The notes under the pieces are model-generated. The model was not told the DNA's origin and did not search any database. It saw nothing but the letters and a program-made list of their open reading frames with translations. This document shows, piece after piece, positions 28,776-36,079 of a stretch of 64,000 nucleotides of DNA. Origin of the DNA: an uncultured Oscillospiraceae bacterium (GTDB taxonomy: Bacteria; Bacillota; Clostridia; Oscillospirales; Ruminococcaceae); assembly GCA_964472465.1 (NCBI GenBank), contig CAYYLW010000002.1:11361-75360 (forward strand). The letters are read 5' to 3'. Both the position numbers and the translations under genes were made by a program. How positions within the stretch are numbered: the first letter of the stretch is position 1; every line of letters begins with the position of its first letter.

Positions 28776-28992
28776 GAGTGTGGCCTCCTTTCGTGTGGGG
28801 TATGCTTTCAGTATAGCCATGGGCCGTAACCAAGCCGTAACCGGGGGCTGGTTTAATTTTTGGGGGGACTACCACCATATGTTCTGGAAGATGCCGGAGA
28901 GGAAAAAAATCATTGCGTTCATGTGTGTGGCCTCCTTTCGTGTGGGGTATGCTTTCAGTATAGCCGTGGGCTGTAACCAAGCCGTAACCGGG
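28723..28992. repeat. tandem direct repeat, 2 x ~123 bp, 147-bp period
   Basis: Copies at 28723-28845 and 28870-28992 align with about 4 mismatches by eye. Each carries an SD, an sORF and a TATACT box. Confidence 0.9.
28869..28922 (-). CDS. 17-codon sORF B: MNAMIFFLSGIFQNIWW
   Basis: AAAGGAGG, 8 nt, ATG, 17 codons, TAG. One residue differs from sORF A. Confidence 0.45.
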   Translation of the reverse strand: MNAMIFFLSGIFQNIWW

Positions 28993-29022
28993 TTTTCAAT
29001 TTGTTGGCCATGTTGAAAACCC
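28990..29022. promoter_or_regulatory. perfect 10-bp inverted repeat (operator-like)
   Basis: GGGTTTTCAA (28990-28999), 13-nt gap, TTGAAAACCC (29013-29022). No flanking T-run, so it is unlikely to be a terminator. Confidence 0.4.
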
Positions 29023-29157
29023 ATTGTAAAACACCTCACACATAGATATCATAAATGCTACTATAATTATAAATAGATATCTAATAAATAATAAATGATA
29101 TGTAATGGATAATGGAGTGCAAGGCCTATTTTAGCTACACTGAAATAGGTGATAATA

Positions 29158-29409
29158 ATGGGTAGAAACAAAAAAATTAAATTTGAAAACTGAGATAAAT
29201 ATATTGCGCTTGGTTTAAACATTTCTTATTACCGAAAAAGAAAAGGGATGACCCAAGAGCAATTGGCTGAGGTGGCAGAACTGAGCCGCGGGTATTTGGG
29301 CGTTATTGAAGCCCCAGGGACGGTGACCAATATTTCCCTAGAAACCTTGTTTGGTTTGGCGGGTGCCTTGGAAGTAGACCCCGCACAGCTATTGGAAATA
29401 CGCAAGTAG
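29158..29409 (+). pseudogene. short XRE-family HTH gene interrupted by an in-frame TGA
   Basis: Reads MGRNKKIKFEN-TGA(29191-29193)-DKYIALGLNISYYRKRKGMTQEQLAEVAELSRGYLGVIEAPGTVTNISLETLFGLAGALEVDPAQLLEIRK*. The HTH_XRE pattern spans the stop codon. Confidence 0.55.
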
Positions 29410-29454
29410 GGTAGAGAAAAGGCCTTGGTGTAGAGGGGCAGAATGAAATAGAAA

Positions 29455-29496
29455 AATAGCCCACCGGTGTGGTTTGGACACACCGATGGGCTATTT
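29455..29496. terminator. bidirectional hairpin terminator between XRE and radical SAM genes
   Basis: AAATAGCCCACCGGTGTG...CACACCGATGGGCTATTT. Confidence 0.55.
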
Positions 29497-29533
29497 GGTT
29501 GCGTCAAGCGGGTTTGTGCCGGGATACTATTTT

Positions 29534-30871
29534 TTATCGGCGGTAGAGTGCCTGCCCGTTTTGGCCGCTTAGGTTGAAGGCGCAAAAGGGAACAAGCTCG
29601 CCCTCTGGCGAAACCACGTGAACGTGGCAGTGCTGCAAACGTTTGGTGTCCAAGGTCCACGCGTCTTGAAACATCATGCCGGAAATGGCAAGCCGAGATT
29701 GTTGTTGCAGGGCGAGAAACCCTTCCAGAGAATCCTCTTTCGGCGGCCCCTCTTGGCTGCAAGCCCCCACGGGAGACCATTTTTGCGCCACCGCCTGCCG
29801 GGCCCTATCGCTGCTGGGGCGCGGGGGGGCCTTGCCACAGCAGGGGTGTGTGGCGGTTTGTACCCGCCGCCATCTTCCCCCGGCGAGGGTATAATCCGCA
29901 TGAAAAGAACAAAGTGGGTGCTCTGCGCCGCCGGGCATAAAATCGGCCGCCTGCACCTGGCCGCCGCTCTGCTGTTCCAGCGCCCAAAGCAGCCCCGGCA
30001 GTGTGAGCCTCTCCTCGCGTTCCCAGGCCGCGCCATACCGGCCAAAATAGCTGATTGGCTGGAAGTGCACCCCCCGTACGGTGGGGCTATGCAGCGCGGC
30101 ATATTCCAGTATGCTCCACACATCTTGTAGGTTGCAGCCGGGTTTCACCGTGGGCACCAAAACCACACCCAGCCCCGCCCGGCCACAGTTTTCCACGGCT
30201 TTTTTTTTCACGTTTAGCAAAGGCCTGCCGCGCAGTTCTTGGTAGGGGGCTTCGCGTGTTGAATCAAATTGCAGGAACACGGTTTGCAAACCCGCTTTTT
30301 TTAGGCTGTGCGCAAAGGCTTCTTCTTCGGCCAGGCGCAGGCCATTTGTGTTGATTTGAAAGAACGGGAAGCCTTTGCGGCGGCCCGCCTCAACAATTTC
30401 TGGCAGGTCTTCCCTCAGGCTGGGTTCACCGCCAGAAAGCTGGATGTTGAAGGGCCCGCCCTTTTCCAGCAACAGATCAAACCAGGCCAAAATCGTTTCC
30501 AAGCTGGGGTCTGGCGGGGCGGACGCGCTGCCGCCGGAATTGGCAAAACAAACGGGGCAGGCCATGTTGCAGCGCGCCGTCACCTCCAGCAGCACACAAC
30601 AACTGGCCTGCTGATGGTTTTCACACAGCCCACAGTCATAGGGGCACCCGTTTTTAGCGGCGCGGTGGGCCCCTATTGGCTTTTGTGGCAGGGGCTCTTT
30701 GTACCGGGCCAGGAAGCTGGCCTCACCCTGCCAGACCCGGGTTTCAAAAAAGCCATGCTCCTCGCAGCTTTTTTGCAGTAAAATCTCCTCTTGCTGCAAC
30801 ACATACCGTGCGTCTATCTTTTTCAGGCACACGGGGCAAACGCTTTGGGCCGTACACAAGAATTTAGCCAT
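29534..30871 (-). CDS. radical SAM protein with an N-terminal Cys-rich (Zn-ribbon-like) domain
   Basis: CxxxCxxC motif CNMACPVC. Upstream Cys motifs CPVC and CPYDCGLC. C-terminal ISGMMFQDAWTLD...PFCAFN block, as in the MJ0619/Tes-like radical SAM family. Confidence 0.8.
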   Translation of the reverse strand: MAKFLCTAQSVCPVCLKKIDARYVLQQEEILLQKSCEEHGFFETRVWQGEASFLARYKEPLPQKPIGAHRAAKNGCPYDCGLCENHQQASCCVLLEVTARCNMACPVCFANSGGSASAPPDPSLETILAWFDLLLEKGGPFNIQLSGGEPSLREDLPEIVEAGRRKGFPFFQINTNGLRLAEEEAFAHSLKKAGLQTVFLQFDSTREAPYQELRGRPLLNVKKKAVENCGRAGLGVVLVPTVKPGCNLQDVWSILEYAALHSPTVRGVHFQPISYFGRYGAAWEREERLTLPGLLWALEQQSGGQVQAADFMPGGAEHPLCSFHADYTLAGGRWRRVQTATHPCCGKAPPRPSSDRARQAVAQKWSPVGACSQEGPPKEDSLEGFLALQQQSRLAISGMMFQDAWTLDTKRLQHCHVHVVSPEGELVPFCAFNLSGQNGQALYRR

Positions 30872-31283
30872 ACAGGCCCACTCCCTGGGCTTCTAAAATA
30901 TCCAGCATTTTTTCAAATGTGGCCACCATCAACTTGGGGCAAAACCCTGCCATGCCGCTGGGCGCACCCGCCAGCAATTCCCGGCACTCCAGGCTGCCGT
31001 ACTCCTGTGTAAACCACGCCACCAGCTCCCGCGCCGGCGCTTGATAGCCTGCTGGCTCCGGCTGGGTAGCGCCGCGGGGAAAATAGGTGCCAATGGCGGC
31101 CACAGCGCCCGTTAGGGTGCCGCAGGTGCGCTGGGCGCACATGCCCCCGCCCAGTGCGCCCAGCGCACGCACCGCAAAGGGGTGGTCTAGCCCGCGCATG
31201 TCCAGCGAAAGCTGCATCATCACCTGGCTACAGTGCAGGCCATTTTGTAGTTGCTCTTTTACCAGCGCTTCAAGGCTTTGCAT
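30864..31283 (-). CDS. C_GCAxxG_C_C family putative redox protein
   Basis: HCSQVMM...GGGMCAQRTCGTLTGAV...ECRELL...FCPKL matches the C-GCAxxG-C-C cysteine pattern. Overlaps the radical SAM start by 8 nt. Confidence 0.75.
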   Translation of the reverse strand: MQSLEALVKEQLQNGLHCSQVMMQLSLDMRGLDHPFAVRALGALGGGMCAQRTCGTLTGAVAAIGTYFPRGATQPEPAGYQAPARELVAWFTQEYGSLECRELLAGAPSGMAGFCPKLMVATFEKMLDILEAQGVGLYG

Positions 31284-31306
31284 GCAAACCCTCCTTTGGC
31301 CTTTTT

Positions 31307-32584
31307 CTATTGGGCATCCGCCGCCTCATAGCCGCACCAGTCCAGCAGTGTGCAAGCCAAAACCTGGCAGGAATGCAGGTAGTCCTCCAGCCCAACCCAT
31401 TCGTTGTTGGCGTGCATTTGCTCGGTTTTGCCCGGGCCAAAAATGACGGTGGGCGTGTGGCCGTACTGGTTTAAAAAACGGATATCGGCAGCGCCTTGGC
31501 GGCCACTGATGCTGGGCGCCTGCCCCAAAACGGTTTCGTAGTTGTGGCATAGGGTTTGCACAATGGGGCTATCCACGGGGATTTCAGAGGGTTCTGCAAA
31601 ATAGCCGGTGTACACCACCTCCGGCGGGTTTTCGCGCAGCCAGGGTTCTTCCTCTGCGGCGCGGCGCGCAACAAAGGCCGCAAAGGCCTGTTTTACAGCG
31701 GCGGAGTCCTCGCCCGGCAAGGTGGCCAAAGAGCCTTTCAGTAAGGCGCTATCGGGAAAGGCGCTGTTGTAGCTTCCGCTGCAAAACTGGCCAATCATGC
31801 AGGGAACCGAGCCAAAGACGTCGGGATAGAGTGGGTGGGACACCTGCTCGATGCGCAGGGCCTCAAATTCGGAAACGATTTGTGTGACCAGCCACCCCAG
31901 CCGGATGCCGCTTACGCCCAGGTCTCGCCGCTGTATTCCCGCGGCCTTGCCCTTCACCCGGATATCAAACCAGATGCGCCCAATGGAGCCGGGCTGCACC
32001 TGCATGCTGGAGGTTTCGCAGCAAATGCCGGCGTCCGCCCGGTAGCCCCGCTGTACACAGGCCAGGGTTCCGTTCCCGGTCAATTCCTCGTCCATCACAT
32101 ACTCGGCCAGCACATCCCCTTTAGGCTGTAGGCCGCAGGCTTTTACCGCCTTCATGGCCATGGTAAAAGCGGCCACACCGCTTTTCATGTCGGAGGTGCC
32201 GCGGCCATACATCTTGCCGTCCGCAATATCGGCAGACCAGGGCCCATGCTCCCAGTTTTCGGCCGCCCCCTCCGGAATCACGTCCACATGCCCATTGAAC
32301 AGCAGGCTGCGCCCACCGCCCCGGCCGGCCCATTTCGCCACCAGGTTGGGTCGCCCCTCATATGGTAAGGATTCTTTTACATACCCCGGGTGCTGGCGCA
32401 GCTCTTGCAGAGAGGGCACGAAACAATCCACTTCCAGCCCCATCTCCTGTAGTTGCTGCTGCAAAAAAGCCTGCACGGGCCCTTCGTCTCCGGTCACACT
32501 CGGTATTTGAATCAATTGCCGTAAAAAGTCCACCAATTCCTCGCGGTGTTCTTCCATCCAAGCACATACCCGCTCTTTGCTCAT
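31307..32584 (-). CDS. M20 family metallopeptidase / ArgE-DapE-type deacylase
   Basis: Blocks LLFNGHVDVIP, GRGTSDMKSG and DEELTGNG. Confidence 0.8.
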   Translation of the reverse strand: MSKERVCAWMEEHREELVDFLRQLIQIPSVTGDEGPVQAFLQQQLQEMGLEVDCFVPSLQELRQHPGYVKESLPYEGRPNLVAKWAGRGGGRSLLFNGHVDVIPEGAAENWEHGPWSADIADGKMYGRGTSDMKSGVAAFTMAMKAVKACGLQPKGDVLAEYVMDEELTGNGTLACVQRGYRADAGICCETSSMQVQPGSIGRIWFDIRVKGKAAGIQRRDLGVSGIRLGWLVTQIVSEFEALRIEQVSHPLYPDVFGSVPCMIGQFCSGSYNSAFPDSALLKGSLATLPGEDSAAVKQAFAAFVARRAAEEEPWLRENPPEVVYTGYFAEPSEIPVDSPIVQTLCHNYETVLGQAPSISGRQGAADIRFLNQYGHTPTVIFGPGKTEQMHANNEWVGLEDYLHSCQVLACTLLDWCGYEAADAQ

Positions 32585-32823
32585 AAAAGGCTCCTCTTTT
32601 CAGTATTATTGTGAAAAACATCTCTTACCCGGAATAGTAGCACAAGCGGGCCCAAAGAAGAATAGAAGAATACAGTTTTTGCTTCACTTTTAGTACATTG
32701 GTACAATTGTCTTTTATGAGGCTACAAAAATAACCGCTATTTTTCTATACAAATGTCAAATTGTTCCCGCTGCCATTTGGTGTTATCATACAAACACAAG
32801 TTTGCCAAACCCAGGAGGCAGCC

Positions 32824-34503
32824 ATGAGTATTGAATTGCGGGACGTAATGAAAATATTTCCATTTTCGATGGCCCGGTTGATTGCAGGCGAAGCGGGGCT
32901 CTCCCGCCCGGTGATTTCGGCCAACATCCAGGAGGTGCCCGATGTAGACCGCTGGATGAAGGGGGGAGAGATTGTGTTCACGGCCGGATACGCCTTCCAA
33001 AGCGCGGAAAACGGCTGCAAGATGATGGAAAAATTGAACCAGGTGGGAATTGCGGCCCTGGCCATAAAGCCGGGGCAGTACCTGTCTATCATTCCAGATG
33101 CGATGATAGAATGCGCGAATAGCCTGGGGCTACCCCTGTTTGAACTGCCGCAGGATTTGCCTTATATGGATTGCATTATCGCCATATTTGAGCAAATTAC
33201 ACAAAAGCAACTGTCCTTGCTAAAGCGGGTGGATAGGGTACACGCCATGCTTACCCAAACCATTCTGAACAAAGAAGGGCTGGACGGAATTTGCGATATT
33301 TTGTATGAGGTGACGGGCAACCCGGTGTTCATCACAGATTCCCACGGGGCCGTGTTTGCCGATAAGACCCACGCGGAGGATGAGGCAGATACCAACAACT
33401 ATAGAGAGATGATTTTGGGGCAACTGGAGCATTATTTCTCCCGCAGTGAGGAGAAGCATTTGCGGGAAAACCAGTGCAATATCCTTTCGCCAGGGCCCGG
33501 CCTGCGCCTGCTTATTGTGCCCATTGCGGTGCAGGCAAAGCGGATTGGCTATCTGATTTTAGACATGGTGCACAACGAGATGCTGGATGTGGACATGATA
33601 GCGTTTGAGCAGGCCAGCAGCATGGTGGCTGTGGAATTTTTGAACGAAAAGGCCCTGTGGCAACAGGAGCAAAAAGTACGTGAACAGCTTTTGGAAGATT
33701 TGCTGATGAAGCACTATGGAGATGAAAAACTGGTGATTCAACGCGGTAGATACCTAGGCTTTGACATGACAGGGCGCTACAGCCTGTTTGCCATTGATGC
33801 GGATTCGTTTGAAGAAAAACTGAAAAACGAAATGATGGACCTGGGAGAGGAGCGAGTGCAGCAAATCAAAAGCCAGGTGCAGCAGAAAATACGCGCCGGC
33901 ATGGAAAAATACCACCGCCCCAGCCTTGTGTTAGATAGAAGCATGGGGGCCATTGGGATGATTAGCATCCGCAAAGATTCGGATGTGCAGGAATGTGCCC
34001 TTGTGATTGGCGAGATTTTGGAGGAGCTGAACAAGCTGAACACCAGCCTTTCTTTTTCGGCCGGGATAGGAAGGATTAAACAGGGGATTCGGCATGTGGA
34101 AAAAGGTAGCCGGGAGGCCCTGCTGGCCATGCGTGCCGGGCGGAATTTGCAGGTGGAAAATGAAACCGGGCGGGTGCATACCTTTGATGAGGTGGGTTGC
34201 CTGAGTTTTTTGTGTGAGCTGACTGGCTCCACCGCCATGCAAGAATTTTACGAGGAATACCTGGGTTGCCTGCAACAGTATGACCAGGAAAATAACGCCG
34301 AACTGATTAAAACATTGAAATGCTATTTCGCCTGCAACAAAAATTTGCGTAAAACGGCGGAAATGTTGTTTGTCCATAAAAACTCCGTCATTTACCGGCT
34401 GGGGAAAATTGAAACCCTGATGGGCAAAAAGCTAGACCACCATCAAACTTCTTTTGATTTGCAACTGTGCCTAAAACTTCAAAGCATCCTGCGGGATGTG
34501 TAA
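32824..34503 (+). CDS. PucR family transcriptional regulator
   Basis: N-terminal PucR-like sensor domain and C-terminal HTH LRKTAEMLFVHKNSVIYRLGKIE. ATG at 32824 follows AGGAGG. Confidence 0.85.
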   Translation: MSIELRDVMKIFPFSMARLIAGEAGLSRPVISANIQEVPDVDRWMKGGEIVFTAGYAFQSAENGCKMMEKLNQVGIAALAIKPGQYLSIIPDAMIECANSLGLPLFELPQDLPYMDCIIAIFEQITQKQLSLLKRVDRVHAMLTQTILNKEGLDGICDILYEVTGNPVFITDSHGAVFADKTHAEDEADTNNYREMILGQLEHYFSRSEEKHLRENQCNILSPGPGLRLLIVPIAVQAKRIGYLILDMVHNEMLDVDMIAFEQASSMVAVEFLNEKALWQQEQKVREQLLEDLLMKHYGDEKLVIQRGRYLGFDMTGRYSLFAIDADSFEEKLKNEMMDLGEERVQQIKSQVQQKIRAGMEKYHRPSLVLDRSMGAIGMISIRKDSDVQECALVIGEILEELNKLNTSLSFSAGIGRIKQGIRHVEKGSREALLAMRAGRNLQVENETGRVHTFDEVGCLSFLCELTGSTAMQEFYEEYLGCLQQYDQENNAELIKTLKCYFACNKNLRKTAEMLFVHKNSVIYRLGKIETLMGKKLDHHQTSFDLQLCLKLQSILRDV

Positions 34504-34871
34504 GTATACTAAAATAACTGGAAGATAATTGGTTTTTTAGTACAATGACACCAAAGGTTGGCTGTGCTATGATGTGGCTGGAATACCAGCGGCAAAACCA
34601 GCAATGAACCCAATAGGAGGCGGCCCAGCGGTGGCCGCTTTCCTTTCAGCCACTATCATTAAGAAACAGAACAACACCCAAAACCCCTGTTTTCCATCCG
34701 GTAGGGAGGTTGGTTAAATTAGAGTTTGGCATTTTTGCCTGGTTCTAGTACAGAAAACGTTTCACGGCCCGTGCCCGGTACACTGCGCAGGAATACGAAT
34801 TCTCTTGAATACCCGCAGCCCAGTTAAACCATTGGTAGAAGAAACCAATTGAACACAAGGGAGGAAGAGAT

Positions 34872-35999
34872 ATGGTAAAAGCAGCAGTTTTTCTAGGAAA
34901 GGAAAAAATGGAGGTGCGTGAATTTCCGAAGCCAGAGGTGGCCCCGGATCACGCCCTGCTGAAAGTGGCTGCCTGCGGTGTTTGCGGTACAGACCCGCAC
35001 ATCTACATGGGGCATCTCAACGTGCCCGCACCGCTGATTATTGGGCATGAGTTTTCGGGCATAGTGGAGGAGTTTGGAAAAGAGTATTTGATGCAGGACA
35101 TGTATGGCCAGCCCTTGAAAGCGGGCGACCGCGTGGCCTTGGGCACCACGATGAACTGTGGCAAATGCTACTACTGCCGCTTTACCCCACACCGTAACAA
35201 CATGTGCGCCAATTGTGATATTTACGGCATCACCATGGGCATTGACCGTGCGCCCTCCCTATGGGGCGGCTATTCGGAGTATGTGTATCTGCTTCCGGGC
35301 TCCTGGATGTTCAAAATTCCCGATGATATGAGTTTTGAAGTGGCCGCCTTGTCCGACCCTTGCGCCTGCGCCACCCGCACGGTAGAGCGTGCCTTCACGC
35401 CGGGTATGCCAGGGTCTGCGGATAGCTTTGGGGTGAACAGCAGCGTGGTGGTGCAGGGGCTTGGCAGCATTGGGCTTTTGGCGGCCGCCTACGCAAAAGC
35501 CGCCGGGGCCTATCCGGTTATCGGCATTGAGGGAAACCCCACACGGATATCGTACGCCAAGAAATTTGGCTGTGACATTGTGATTGATATGAACGAATAC
35601 CCCACGGCAGAAGAACGGGTGGCCAAGGTGAAAGAGTTGACCCGGGGCCTGGGTGCCGATGTTGTGCTGGAGATGGCCGGTGTTCCCGCCGCCTTCGCGG
35701 AATCCATGCAACTGGTGCGCTGTGGCGGCAAGCTGGTGGAGTTTGGGCACTTTTCCAACGTGGGCACCACCCCCCTCAACCCCCAAGATATCGTGAACAA
35801 GGATTTGGATATTCACGGCGTGTTTGCCTATCCCAACACCCAAATTGGCGTCGCGCTGAATTTCTTGCACAATTTTGCGGATCGATTCCCCTTCCACGAG
35901 CTCATCACACACCGTTTCAATGTACAGGATACCGAAAAAGCCATTTTGGCCGGGCGAGACAAAACCTGTGTGAAGGCAATGATTGTGAACCCGGTATAA
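34872..35999 (+). CDS. zinc-dependent (MDR) alcohol dehydrogenase
   Basis: Blocks CGVCGTDPH, GHEFSG, structural-Zn Cys cluster CGKCYYC...C, and GLGSIGL Rossmann. Confidence 0.8.
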   Translation: MVKAAVFLGKEKMEVREFPKPEVAPDHALLKVAACGVCGTDPHIYMGHLNVPAPLIIGHEFSGIVEEFGKEYLMQDMYGQPLKAGDRVALGTTMNCGKCYYCRFTPHRNNMCANCDIYGITMGIDRAPSLWGGYSEYVYLLPGSWMFKIPDDMSFEVAALSDPCACATRTVERAFTPGMPGSADSFGVNSSVVVQGLGSIGLLAAAYAKAAGAYPVIGIEGNPTRISYAKKFGCDIVIDMNEYPTAEERVAKVKELTRGLGADVVLEMAGVPAAFAESMQLVRCGGKLVEFGHFSNVGTTPLNPQDIVNKDLDIHGVFAYPNTQIGVALNFLHNFADRFPFHELITHRFNVQDTEKAILAGRDKTCVKAMIVNPV

Positions 36000-36079
36000 A
36001 GCGGCAGGCGAAACCCAGTTCTGTTTGTGCACGTTTTGCGTTTTTAGGCTGAACGAGGATTCAAAGGGAGGAATTTGGG

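Noticed and set aside
28722-28922. Trp-codon leader peptides for ribosome-mediated attenuation (trpL-like, WW then stop then terminator)
   Set aside because: No tryptophan biosynthesis or transport genes lie downstream. The next gene has its own consensus promoter. The idea is kept only as a minor alternative.
28723-28992. Possible CRISPR array
   Set aside because: There are only two copies. The units are about 123 bp with a ~24-bp gap, whereas CRISPR repeats are 24-48 bp with unique spacers. No cas genes are present.
28531-29016. ORF-track ORFs of 149 aa (minus) and 156 aa (plus) spanning the tandem repeat
   Set aside because: Both consist largely of the repeat read through twice, so the peptide blocks are internally duplicated. 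They have no SD, overlap each other on opposite strands, and run through a terminator and a promoter. The 17-codon sORFs with perfect SD sites explain the repeat better.
29191-29193. In-frame TGA in the XRE gene as selenocysteine or recoding
   Set aside because: A small HTH regulator gives no context for selenocysteine, I saw no evident SECIS-like hairpin immediately downstream, and other genes use TGA as a stop. A nonsense mutation or sequencing error is simpler.
29229-29780. 183-aa minus-strand ORF
   Set aside because: It overlaps the 3' end of the radical SAM gene in another frame, crosses the bidirectional terminator, and lies antisense to the XRE gene. Its composition is Arg/Pro/Gly-rich and low-complexity.
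34715-34745. Sigma-54 promoter-like TGGCAT...TTGC upstream of the ADH gene
   Set aside because: The GG-to-GC spacing is about 3 nt shorter than the -24/-12 consensus. PucR regulators are not sigma-54 activators.
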